Positions 1-8,979 of a stretch of 32,000 bases of DNA are shown here, one piece after another. The DNA comes from Oceanospirillum maris DSM 6286 (GTDB taxonomy: Bacteria; Pseudomonadota; Gammaproteobacteria; Pseudomonadales; Halomonadaceae), in NCBI RefSeq assembly GCF_000422865.1, contig NZ_AUGW01000012.1:70280-102279 (forward strand), in the 5' to 3' direction. The notes beneath the pieces were generated by a model. It saw only the letters and a list, made by a program, of their open reading frames with translations. It had not been told where the DNA came from and did no database searches. The translations under genes were made by a program, and so were the position numbers. Within the stretch, counting starts at the first letter, position 1; the number at the start of each line of letters is the position of its first letter.

Positions 1-1148
1 GTTTTTGGAACCCTGCGTTGCTAAGCAATGCTAAGAAGATGGAGCTTTATGTTTCAGGCGCTATTTTGGTCCCTAAAATGGATGTTACTGTAAACTCGGC
101 ATCTGATGCGGCAGGAAACACGTTAACCGGAAATGCCCCAAGTGATGTGGTTAATACATCCTTTATTCCTTCGGTTTATTTTGCTTATCCTGTGAGTGAA
201 AAAACAACGATCGGTGCAGCATTCAATGCACCTTTTGGCCTGTCAGGTAAGTACGGTAAAGAGTGGGCTGGGCGCTACCACTCTGCAGAGACGGCGGTTC
301 AGGATCTATCCATCTCGCTTTCTATTGCTCAGAAAATTAATGAAATGGCCTCGGTCGGTGCTAGTGTTCAAGTACACAGTGGTAGCGTTTTGCTCGCTGC
401 GAACTTGAGTGACTTTGCTGGAGGTAATAGCGCTGCAGGTGATGGCTATGGTGAATTAGAAGCCGATGATATCAGCTATGCTTTTTCCGTTGGTGCCGCA
501 CTAGAGCCTATAAAAGGGACGCGCTTTGGTATCGGTTATCGTAGCGAGGTAGAATATACCTTTGAGGGTGATTCCGACTACAGTAACGTTAGTCCAATAC
601 TTGCGGGCCTAGGGGTTGATGAAGCTTACCTCTTTGACGAAATTACGTTCCCATCCGTACTCACGATCAGTGCGGAACAAGATATCGGTAATCGAGTAAC
701 GATTGGCGCCACCGCAATGAAGACAGGTTGGGGTGTCTTAGATGAAATGAGAATCGCATTTGCTCCGGGGCCTGATGGCATCAAGCAACCTGATTCTGTT
801 TTGACATTTGATTTTAGTGATGAGTGGTATTATTCAACGGGTATTACCTATCTTGCGTCAGAACAGCTAACGTTGCGTACAGGTTTTGCGATAGATAATT
901 CACCGGCGAAAGAAGCCTATCGTTCCGCTCGTACCCCTGATGGCGATCGCAAATGGTTTTCTTTAGGTGCGAGCTATAAATTAGCAAGTGCTGGAGAGAT
1001 TACGGTAGCTTATACCCATGTCAGTATTGACGATGTAAGCGTAACCCGTACCGGTCAACTTGAAGAAGATGCCTCTCGTGGTTCTCTCGATGCAGACTAT
1101 GAAACCAGTGCAGATGTTCTTTCTTTAGCCTACAACATGTCTTTTTAA
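1..1148 (+). CDS. fadL: Outer-membrane channel of the FadL/OmpP1/TodX family (long-chain fatty acid / hydrophobic compound transport). The 5' end is truncated by the window edge.
   Basis: The frame is open from nt 3 (FWNPALLSN...), so the TTG at 18 is not the real start. An NPA motif sits near the N-terminal part. The sequence is Gly/Ser/Ala-rich with alternating beta-strand-like stretches. GLSGKYGKEWAGRYHS is FadL-like, and the C-terminus ends in the aromatic residue typical of OM beta-barrels (...LAYNMSF). Confidence 0.8.
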   Translation, partial: FWNPALLSNAKKMELYVSGAILVPKMDVTVNSASDAAGNTLTGNAPSDVVNTSFIPSVYFAYPVSEKTTIGAAFNAPFGLSGKYGKEWAGRYHSAETAVQDLSISLSIAQKINEMASVGASVQVHSGSVLLAANLSDFAGGNSAAGDGYGELEADDISYAFSVGAALEPIKGTRFGIGYRSEVEYTFEGDSDYSNVSPILAGLGVDEAYLFDEITFPSVLTISAEQDIGNRVTIGATAMKTGWGVLDEMRIAFAPGPDGIKQPDSVLTFDFSDEWYYSTGITYLASEQLTLRTGFAIDNSPAKEAYRSARTPDGDRKWFSLGASYKLASAGEITVAYTHVSIDDVSVTRTGQLEEDASRGSLDADYETSADVLSLAYNMSF

Positions 1149-1204
1149 TAAGTTTTTTGACAGCGCATTTTTGATAGCGTCGTTTGATAGAATAGAAGAG
1201 ACCC

Positions 1205-1238
1205 AAAAAGAGAGCCGTTAACACTGGCTCTCTTTTTA
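1205..1238. terminator. Bidirectional rho-independent terminator between convergent fadL and the KfrA-like gene
   Basis: A 9-bp perfect stem, AAGAGAGCC (1208-1216) / GGCTCTCTT (1226-1234), with a 9-nt loop. An A-run lies on the left and a T-run on the right, so it can work on both strands. Confidence 0.75.
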
Positions 1239-1250
1239 TTTGAATACCTG

Positions 1251-2321
1251 CTATTTCATCTTCTTCTGGGCCAACGCTTCGGTTTGTTTTAAAAAGCCGT
1301 CGAGCATATTACGCAGGCTGTCATTTTCTCTTATCTGTATCGCTTTGATCTCTTCAAGCTCACTTTTCAGCAAGACTTTATCTGTAATATCAGTCACTCT
1401 GGCATCTAAACTGGACAGTTGTTTTGTTGTTCGCTCAGTCGATTCTTTATGCTCTTTTTGTTGCTCGCCCTGCTGGCTTTGAAGTGTCTTTAGGCTGACC
1501 AATATATCTTTGTCTAATGCTTGCTGCTGCTTTAATCGGGCTAAATATTCTTTTTCTGAGTTTTCAATATGCTGCTCACGCTCTTTCAATTGAAGGCGTA
1601 AATCATCAACTTGCATGATCCAGTGCTGCTCTAACGCTTCCCCTCTTTTTTTCTCCTCTGCTAGCTGCTGCTCAAATAGAGTAAGCATACGACTTTGTTC
1701 TGTGTGTCGTTGTTGAAGCTCATGTCTATAATGTTCCTGTTGTTCAGATAGTGCCTGTTTGTATTCTTGTTGTTGAAGAATAGTTTTCGCTTCCAACTCC
1801 TCCCGCTCCTCAGCATGATGTTCATTCTGTTGTTCGTTTTTTTGCTTAAGCTCTTCCTGTTGTTTTTCAAGAGCGTTTATCGTTATTTCGGCTGCACCGA
1901 GCTTTTTCTCTAGCTGCCTCATTTCTACTAAAAGAATCTGGTTTCGCTCATCTAACCATTGACAACGTTCTTTAATCGTTAAGGTTTCTTCTACGGCTTG
2001 CTGCTTTTCTGCTTCAGCGTGTTCCAGTGTTTTTTGTATCTCTTCTTTATAGCTTTCCAGTGCCTTTGTGGCATCTTCCCTAGCCTGCTGCCAAACCGCT
2101 TGCACCATACCATTCAGTGAATCTGGTGCAGGAGAGCCGCCAGCCACCATTGGTTGCTGTTGTCGCTCCGCCCGCCAGAGCTTTAAGTGTTCTGAGATTG
2201 TTGTAAAACTTCCTGTACCTAACCTTTCCCTAATACCTGCAATAGTGGGATTGAGTCCTTCGGCCTGCATTTCGTCGACCGCTTGTTTGACCTCGTTATA
2301 ACTAATGCCATTTCTCGCCAT
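1251..2321 (-). CDS. KfrA-N-domain DNA-binding protein with a long Gln/Glu-rich coiled-coil tail
   Basis: The N-terminus MARNGISYNEVKQAVDEMQAEGLNPTIAGIRERLGTGSFTTISEHLKLWRAE matches the KfrA_N (plasmid KfrA-type) winged-helix signature (PT...R..LG.GS..TI..HL..WR). The remaining ~290 aa are heptad-like E/Q/K/L-rich sequence. Confidence 0.75.
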   Translation of the reverse strand: MARNGISYNEVKQAVDEMQAEGLNPTIAGIRERLGTGSFTTISEHLKLWRAERQQQPMVAGGSPAPDSLNGMVQAVWQQAREDATKALESYKEEIQKTLEHAEAEKQQAVEETLTIKERCQWLDERNQILLVEMRQLEKKLGAAEITINALEKQQEELKQKNEQQNEHHAEEREELEAKTILQQQEYKQALSEQQEHYRHELQQRHTEQSRMLTLFEQQLAEEKKRGEALEQHWIMQVDDLRLQLKEREQHIENSEKEYLARLKQQQALDKDILVSLKTLQSQQGEQQKEHKESTERTTKQLSSLDARVTDITDKVLLKSELEEIKAIQIRENDSLRNMLDGFLKQTEALAQKKMK

Positions 2322-2417
2322 TTTTGTATCTTCCCCAAGATGATAATGCAGTGTATTGTTTTATCTGCCATATTACGTATTATGTATTACGTTAAATAAA
2401 TTATCAATGGTTCTTTT

Positions 2418-2447
2418 AATTCACGGTAACTTTAATAACCGTGAATT
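2418..2447. promoter_or_regulatory. 30-bp palindromic site with 11-8-11 architecture in the divergent intergenic region. It is a candidate recombinase core site or a KfrA-like operator.
   Basis: AATTCACGGTA-ACTTTAAT-AACCGTGAATT. The outer 9 bp of each arm are perfect inverted repeats and 10 of 11 arm positions are complementary. The site lies 97 bp upstream of the recombinase start codon. Confidence 0.45.
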
Positions 2448-2543
2448 TTATCCATTACACTGTTAAAATCACCCTAGATAAAGCGACCTATGAAAATACC
2501 GAATAAAATGACTTTAAAACGCGATAAATAAAGGCTTAATACC

Positions 2544-3743
2544 GTGATACATAAGGATAATTCGATCACTCCATCGCAACTTCCCGTTGCACCTATCGAG
2601 CAAATGCTAAAATGGGTTGATAAACTGCCTCAAGGCTTAAGTGGCCAATTTGGTATCAATCGTGCTGATAATACACCGCAAATTGCCGCTAAAAATGATT
2701 TAGAAGCGGTTCAAAGCTGGCTGTTGGAATATCAAGAATCATCAGAAACCTTTCGCAGTTATCGACGGGAAGCTGAACGTTTAATCCTTTGGTGTTGGCA
2801 CCATCAGGGGAAGGCTTTATCAGACTTAAACCGGCAAGATGTTGCAGATTATCAGCGTTTTATTACCAATCCAGAGCCGGAGAGTCTCTGGTGTGGCGAG
2901 CCTTTTCCTCGGTCGTCACCGTACTGGAAACCGTTTAGAGGAGGATTGAGCCTGAGCAGTCAACGCCAAACCGTAACGATTCTTAAGGGATTGTTTGGCT
3001 ATTTGAGAGATGCGGAATACTTGAGAGGCAATCCCTTTGCTTTAATTCGACAAACCGCTGGCCAAAAGCACGCTCAAGATCTACGTAATAAAAAGGTCGA
3101 ACGTTTTTTGGAACAAGAGGATGTTCAGCATCTTTTTGAGCGCTACCAACATCAAGAACGAGAACAGCTTGATGAAAAAGGATATAGAGGATGGATGAGA
3201 GAACGCACCTTACTCTATTTTCTTTATTACCTAGCCCCAAGGGCGAGCGAAACAGCTAACTGCAAAATGAATGATTTTTTTCAACGTCGGGGACGCTGGT
3301 GGTGGCGAGTACTGGGTAAAGGCCAAAAATATGCAGAGGTGCCTGTCCCAGATATTCTGATGCAGCAGATTCGTCAATATCGTCATTTTTTGGGACTTCA
3401 AGCAGACCCCACACCAGACGATCGCCAGTTTTTTATTCGGTCTGCGAAAGGAACAAATGGCATCAGTCCGAATATGGTTTATCGGCTAAGTAAAAAATTA
3501 TTGGCCGATACAGCAGAATCTATTGAAGCTAATTTCCCTGAGTCAGCGGCTCGTATGCGACAGGCATCAACTCACTGGTTCCGCCATACAGCCATTACCC
3601 ATTGGGCTGATCAAGGTGTTGACCTGCGCTTGGTTAGTAAAACAGCCCGACATAGCCAATTAGAAACTACTGCGATCTACTTCCATGCAGAAGATGAAGC
3701 CTGGCATGATGCGGTAAACCTGAGTAATAAAAGTGATTCCTAA
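2544..3743 (+). CDS. Tyrosine site-specific recombinase (phage integrase family) with an N-terminal SAM-like domain
   Basis: C-terminal catalytic signature: the first Arg in LAPRASE, H-x-x-R in THWFRHTAITHW, and the nucleophile Tyr in ETTAIYFH. The N-terminal part (NDLEAVQSWL...TFRSYRREAERLILWC) resembles the core-binding domain of island/plasmid integrases. The start codon is GTG. Confidence 0.85.
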   Translation: MIHKDNSITPSQLPVAPIEQMLKWVDKLPQGLSGQFGINRADNTPQIAAKNDLEAVQSWLLEYQESSETFRSYRREAERLILWCWHHQGKALSDLNRQDVADYQRFITNPEPESLWCGEPFPRSSPYWKPFRGGLSLSSQRQTVTILKGLFGYLRDAEYLRGNPFALIRQTAGQKHAQDLRNKKVERFLEQEDVQHLFERYQHQEREQLDEKGYRGWMRERTLLYFLYYLAPRASETANCKMNDFFQRRGRWWWRVLGKGQKYAEVPVPDILMQQIRQYRHFLGLQADPTPDDRQFFIRSAKGTNGISPNMVYRLSKKLLADTAESIEANFPESAARMRQASTHWFRHTAITHWADQGVDLRLVSKTARHSQLETTAIYFHAEDEAWHDAVNLSNKSDS

Positions 3744-3848
3744 CATTGGACTTCAGGTTTTCGTAGGCTATCAAGGTAAGTGTAAGGGCTGATATACTTA
3801 ATATTGTTGCTATTTCAAGCGTTAACCGATACAAAATAAGGCCAAAAA

Positions 3849-4262
3849 ATGTCCGAAATCAATCAGGCACAATTAGATTTAGTTGATGAATTTGAATTTT
3901 TTGATGATTGGATGGACAAGTACCAGTACATCATTGATATGGGTAAAAAATTACCAGCATTTCCAGAGGATTGGAAAACTGACCTAAATAAAATCAATGG
4001 CTGCCAGTCTCAGGTTTGGATCCATCATGAATTTATTGATGGCAAACTGAAACTACATGCGATTAGTGATGCAGCTATTGTTTCTGGCTTAATTGCTTTA
4101 TTGCTGCGAATCTATAATAACCGAGAACCAAAGGATATTTTAGCCACTCAACCAGAGTTTCTAGCCAAATTAGGGTTAGATAAGCATTTAAGTCCAACCC
4201 GTAGTAATGGGTTACATGCTATGTTGCAGCGCATTGGCGAGCTAGCAACCCGTTACGCTTAA
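3849..4262 (+). CDS. sufE: SufE/CsdE-family sulfur-acceptor protein (Fe-S cluster assembly accessory)
   Basis: At 137 aa the length is typical of the family. The conserved active-site context KINGCQSQVWIH carries the persulfide-accepting Cys. Confidence 0.8.
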   Translation: MSEINQAQLDLVDEFEFFDDWMDKYQYIIDMGKKLPAFPEDWKTDLNKINGCQSQVWIHHEFIDGKLKLHAISDAAIVSGLIALLLRIYNNREPKDILATQPEFLAKLGLDKHLSPTRSNGLHAMLQRIGELATRYA

Positions 4263-4283
4263 AGGCTATAAGTTAGAGCCAAG

Positions 4284-4319
4284 AAAAAAAGCGTTATCGT
4301 ATTTCGGTAACGCTTTTTT
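4284..4319. terminator. Bidirectional rho-independent terminator between convergent sufE and miaE
   Basis: Stem AGCGTTATCG (4290-4299) / CGGTAACGCT (4305-4314), 9 of 10 positions paired, with loop TATTT. An A7 run precedes it and a T6 run follows. Confidence 0.75.
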
Positions 4320-4351
4320 ACTACAGGACAAAACAAGTTTTCTATTCAATA

Positions 4352-4963
4352 CTATTCAACAACAGGCCCGCTATGGAAACGGAAGGTATCATCATTAGAC
4401 TCGATCAACTCTTTTTCAATACCGGCAAAAAAAGCAATACGATCATCAATAGGGCTCTTAGCATATTGAAGGGCTAAATCCAGATAATCACGATAGTGAC
4501 GACCTTCCGAGCGAACTAAAGAGCGATAATATTTAGCTAAGGCTTCGTCAAGATGTGGGATCAATGCCATAAAGCGTTCGCAAGAACGGGCTTCAATAAA
4601 AGCACCAATGATTAAAACATCAATTAATGCATCATCTCCTTTGCGCATATGCTGGCGCAAACCTAAGGCATAGCGTGATGCCGAAATATGTTCGTATTTG
4701 ATCCCTCGATCCTGCAAAATCCCCACGACTTGTTCAAAATGCAGTAACTCTTCCCGAGCCAATTGGGACATCTTTTTTAACAGGTCTGGACGATCAACAT
4801 AGCGATACATAAGGTTCATCGCATTAGAGGCTGCTTTTTTCTCGCATTGAGCGTGATCAATAAGCAGGAGATCCAGATTTTCAATCGCCTGCTCCACCCA
4901 AAGTGCAGGGGTTGGGCAGGGTAGGAATTGATACATCTCGTCTAGCAGATCAAGGTTTTTCAC
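4352..4963 (-). CDS. miaE: tRNA-(ms2io6A37)-hydroxylase MiaE (non-heme diiron monooxygenase)
   Basis: The ~200-aa length fits. Ferritin-like diiron motifs are present: LLIDHAQCEKKAA (E-x-x-H type) and FIEARSCERF / VRSEGRHY. Confidence 0.8.
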   Translation of the reverse strand: MKNLDLLDEMYQFLPCPTPALWVEQAIENLDLLLIDHAQCEKKAASNAMNLMYRYVDRPDLLKKMSQLAREELLHFEQVVGILQDRGIKYEHISASRYALGLRQHMRKGDDALIDVLIIGAFIEARSCERFMALIPHLDEALAKYYRSLVRSEGRHYRDYLDLALQYAKSPIDDRIAFFAGIEKELIESNDDTFRFHSGPVVE

Positions 4964-5444
4964 AAATAAGCCTGTCTGTTTCTTCTAAAATGGTTCGATT
5001 AATCTTTTGGTAAAGCTGTTCCAAAAGATCAGAGGTATATGCGGTGGCAACCGTACTATTAACAGGATCATCCTGTATTATATTTTTCTCTTGATAAAAT
5101 GCTTCCGTGGTCAGTTCAAGACCATAGGCATCAAGGTTTTTAATACGACTTGCACCGGCTCGTAATAAATCAACAATCCAACATAACGCATTAAAGCGCT
5201 TAGTATAACGGATACGCCGCTTGTTAAGTTGCTGTTCTAGTTGATCTTTATCAAGCAATTTAAAATACTGACCCACAACGTGTACGGTGATATCTTCAAT
5301 ACGCTGAATCACTGTTTCACGGAAGTCAGCTTCCGCGCCACCCCAGTTAAGTATCTCATCGGAATGCCGCTTGCAGCCCCGGCAAATAGTATCGCCAAGG
5401 GTTGTACTACATATACCTACACAGGGTGATTCTATTCGAGCCAT
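4950..5444 (-). CDS. DUF1289/YdhL-type Cys4 domain protein with a ~120-aa C-terminal extension
   Basis: The N-terminal SPCVGICSTTLGDTICRGCKRHSDEILNW parallels E. coli YdhL SPCRGICQSDERGFCRGCFRSRDERFNW, giving a C-x3-C-x8-C-x2-C arrangement. Its stop overlaps the miaE start by 14 nt. Confidence 0.6.
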   Translation of the reverse strand: MARIESPCVGICSTTLGDTICRGCKRHSDEILNWGGAEADFRETVIQRIEDITVHVVGQYFKLLDKDQLEQQLNKRRIRYTKRFNALCWIVDLLRAGASRIKNLDAYGLELTTEAFYQEKNIIQDDPVNSTVATAYTSDLLEQLYQKINRTILEETDRLICEKP

Positions 5445-5466
5445 AATTAACGCAGTGTCTCTTTGG

Positions 5467-5832
5467 TCATAAGTGTTTTTCTATAACAGAAGCTTCACTA
5501 GAGTTCTTTTCTCTGGGCTGACTGTTTTTTTCAGGCTGATCTTTTTTTATAGAATCGCTCTCCTCTGCTGCCTGCGTTTCTACAGACTCACATTGGTGCA
5601 CTCCATTATGCCAACAGCCTTTTTCTGGTACCGGATCATAGCCACCTTTTGCCAAAGGGTTACAGCGAAAAATGCGTTTTATCGCAAGTAGGCTACCCTT
5701 AAGCGCACCGTGGGTTTCTAGTGCCTCAAGGGCATAGGTTGAGCAGGTTGGATAATAGATGCAACGATTCGGTAGTAATGGGCTAATGAGATAGCGGTAA
5801 AAGTAGACAACCAGTTTGAGCAGATATTTCAT
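5467..5832 (-). CDS. yidD: Membrane protein insertion efficiency factor YidD, with a C-terminal hydrophilic extension
   Basis: [58 protein letters not shown] is the canonical YidD core. The protein is 121 aa against the usual ~85 aa. Confidence 0.85.
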   Translation of the reverse strand: MKYLLKLVVYFYRYLISPLLPNRCIYYPTCSTYALEALETHGALKGSLLAIKRIFRCNPLAKGGYDPVPEKGCWHNGVHQCESVETQAAEESDSIKKDQPEKNSQPREKNSSEASVIEKHL

Positions 5833-5871
5833 CTCTTATTCTTCCATACCCCTGCTGACCAAAAAATCTAA

Positions 5872-6318
5872 CTATTTCGCATATAATTCAGCGGGATCAA
5901 TCAAAGGTTCCGAATCAACCCTTAATCCTTCAGGCTCCGCTACCGCATAAAAACAGCTTCGACGACCCGTGTGACATGCGGGGCCGACCTGGTCAACAAA
6001 AACCAACAAAGCATCACCATCACAGTCAATACGCAGTTCTTTTAAATGTTGAACCTGCCCTGACGATTCGCCTTTACGCCAATAGGCTTGACGGGAGCGG
6101 GACCAATAGCAAACACGTTGATTTTTAAGCGTTTCTTTAATGGCAGCGAGATTCATCCAAGCCATCATAACCACTTCACCGGAGTCATATTGCTGAGCAA
6201 TAGCGGGCACTAACCCGTCTTCATTAAACTTGATATGGCTAAGCGCTGTTTCTAGATCAAAAGTTTGATTAAGCTCTGCCTGCTCGACCTGTTTCCAGTT
6301 AAATTCTGCGCTTGTCAT
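5872..6318 (-). CDS. hisI: Phosphoribosyl-AMP cyclohydrolase HisI (monofunctional)
   Basis: LVPAIAQQ...VVMMAWMN...YWSRSR...LW.KGE.SG and IDCDGDALLVFVDQVGPACHTGRRSCFY form the HisI signature, including the Zn-ligand Cys residues. I trimmed the ORF-track start (6492) to the ATG at 6318 (MTSAEF...), because the upstream 58 codons overlap znuB and look non-coding. Confidence 0.85.
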   Translation of the reverse strand: MTSAEFNWKQVEQAELNQTFDLETALSHIKFNEDGLVPAIAQQYDSGEVVMMAWMNLAAIKETLKNQRVCYWSRSRQAYWRKGESSGQVQHLKELRIDCDGDALLVFVDQVGPACHTGRRSCFYAVAEPEGLRVDSEPLIDPAELYAK

Positions 6319-6401
6319 ACGAATACCTAGCCTATTATTGATAGAAAAAACTGATATAAAGCCATTAATGCCGGAAAAATACCGACGGCTCCCCTTAGAT
6401 A

Positions 6402-7262
6402 TTAAGTATCGGATGGCTCTTCTAAAGGCTTCTTTCGGGCGGCCACTATAGCAGAAACCATAAAAGTTGCAGCAGCCAGTAGGATGATACAAGCGCCGGC
6501 GGGTAAATCAGGCTGATAAGAAAGTGCTAATCCACCAGAAGTAAAGGCTAACCCCAGTAGAGTGGCTAACCCCATCATGTTGGCGAGTGTTTTAACATAA
6601 TGACCTGCAATTGCCGCAGGTAATGTTAGTAGGGCAATCACAAGAATTAAACCAACAACCTGAATCATCAAAACAACCGTTAACGCGACAATGCAGAGTA
6701 AAAGTAAATAAAGTGCATTAACCGGTAAACCTCGCAAGCGAGCGAACTGAGCATCAAAGGCGATCGCTTGAAAAGGGCGATAGAAGAGTGCAATCGCTGC
6801 AATAATAATCGCATCCATAGCAGCCATTAACCAAAGGTCGCCCTCTGCAACCAAAAGAATATTACCAAAAAGGTAACTCATAAGATCAACTTGATAACCA
6901 GGGGTCTGGCTGATAAAAAGCACGCCAATGGCCATGCCGGATGCCCAAAGTGCGCCAATTAACGTATCTTCCCGCTCCTGCCAATAAAGTTTTACCCAGC
7001 CGATAATCAGTGCAGAAACAACGGCTGCGATTAATGCACCAATAAAAGGAGATGCTCCCAAGTAATAGGCGAGACCCATCCCCCCCATTACCGAGTGCGC
7101 AATACCACCTGCCAGATAACTGATGCGCATAACCACAACGTAACTACCGATCAAACCACAGGCAATACTGGCCAATAAACCGGCCAATAGTGCATTTTGT
7201 AGAAAGGTTTGCTCAGCTAGCACCGAGAAAAATTCCATAGGAAAAGCGTCCAGTAAAATCAA
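6402..7262 (-). CDS. znuB: Zinc/metal ABC transporter permease (ZnuB/TroC family)
   Basis: A polytopic membrane protein of 286 aa from the ABC-3 family (GLIGSYVVVMRISYLAGGIAHSVMGG...). Its start overlaps the znuC stop by 4 nt. Confidence 0.85.
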   Translation of the reverse strand: MILLDAFPMEFFSVLAEQTFLQNALLAGLLASIACGLIGSYVVVMRISYLAGGIAHSVMGGMGLAYYLGASPFIGALIAAVVSALIIGWVKLYWQEREDTLIGALWASGMAIGVLFISQTPGYQVDLMSYLFGNILLVAEGDLWLMAAMDAIIIAAIALFYRPFQAIAFDAQFARLRGLPVNALYLLLLCIVALTVVLMIQVVGLILVIALLTLPAAIAGHYVKTLANMMGLATLLGLAFTSGGLALSYQPDLPAGACIILLAAATFMVSAIVAARKKPLEEPSDT

Positions 7263-8004
7263 ATAGCGTGGGAATGATGATGGATAACATGAACATGATC
7301 GCCGTACATCTGCTCAATAACATCGGAGGTTATGGCATGGGTTTCATGGCATAGAAGTTCTTTATTGAGGCAGGCCACACGATCTACATAATCCGTTATA
7401 AATCCAATATCATGGGATATCACAACAATCGACATACGTTTGTTTAGCTCTTTAAACAGGTCGAAAACCCCTTTTTCCTGCTGGGAATCTACACTAGCAG
7501 TAGGTTCGTCCAAGAGTAAGAGCTCTGGTTCTGTGGCGAGAGCCCGAGCAATCAGTACTCGCTGCAGCTGCCCACCAGAAAGTTGATCGATTGGCCGCTG
7601 GGAGAATTCTTCAACACCGGTTTCCGACATTACTTTATGGGCAATCCGGCGATCTTCTTTTGAATAGCGCTGCCAAATTCGACCGTGCTGTAAGCGTCCC
7701 ATTAAAACCGTCTCTTCAACGGTAATAGGAAAGTCGCTCGGGAATTTTGCAAACTGAGGTACGTAACTTAGGCGATGGCGGGCTTTTTGAGGGGTAAGGC
7801 CAAAAACGCGTACAGTACCTTTATCTTGCTTTATCAATCCCATTATCAACTTTAAAAGCGTACTTTTTCCACCACCATTTGGACCAACTAAGCCTAAAAA
7901 CTCCCCCTTGCGCATGGCAAGGGTGACGTTATTAAGCACCGGCGCGGATTGGTAGCGGAAACTCACTCCGTCTACTTCGATAATGTTTTCTGCAAAGCGA
8001 CTCA

Positions 8005-8014
<10 letters not shown>
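7259..8014 (-). CDS. znuC: Zinc/metal ABC transporter ATP-binding protein
   Basis: Walker A GPNGGGKST, ABC signature LSGGQLQR and Walker B LLLLDEP are all present, and the C-terminus is His-rich (HVHVIHHHSHAI). Its start overlaps the znuA stop by 10 nt. Confidence 0.88.

Positions 8015-8979
<965 letters not shown>

Noticed and set aside
2196-2215. TGTTGTAA octamer (a partial Ter core) inside the KfrA-like CDS
   Set aside because: An 8-mer match is expected about once by chance in this window. The flanks do not match Ter.
2369-2397. Canonical chromosomal dif site
   Set aside because: Only the right (XerD-like) arm matches, at 10 of 11 positions. The left arm matches the XerC arm consensus at about 3 of 11. 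I kept it only as a low-priority finding and not as a dif call.
1171-3774. Inverted 8-mers TTGATAGC (1171-1178) and GCTATCAA (3767-3774) flanking the KfrA-like/recombinase module, considered as possible element ends
   Set aside because: An 8-bp match between two ~100-bp flanks is expected by chance at roughly 10-15 percent. There is no extended terminal inverted repeat or target duplication.
6319-6492. N-terminal extensions in the ORF track: hisI (to 6492), the CDP-alcohol transferase (to 24202), dihydroorotase (to 10356), tus-like (from 11413) and the lipoprotein (from 10548).
   Set aside because: The extensions overlap neighbouring genes or AT-rich promoter DNA and lack family similarity. 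Internal ATGs with good SD sequences give products of canonical length.
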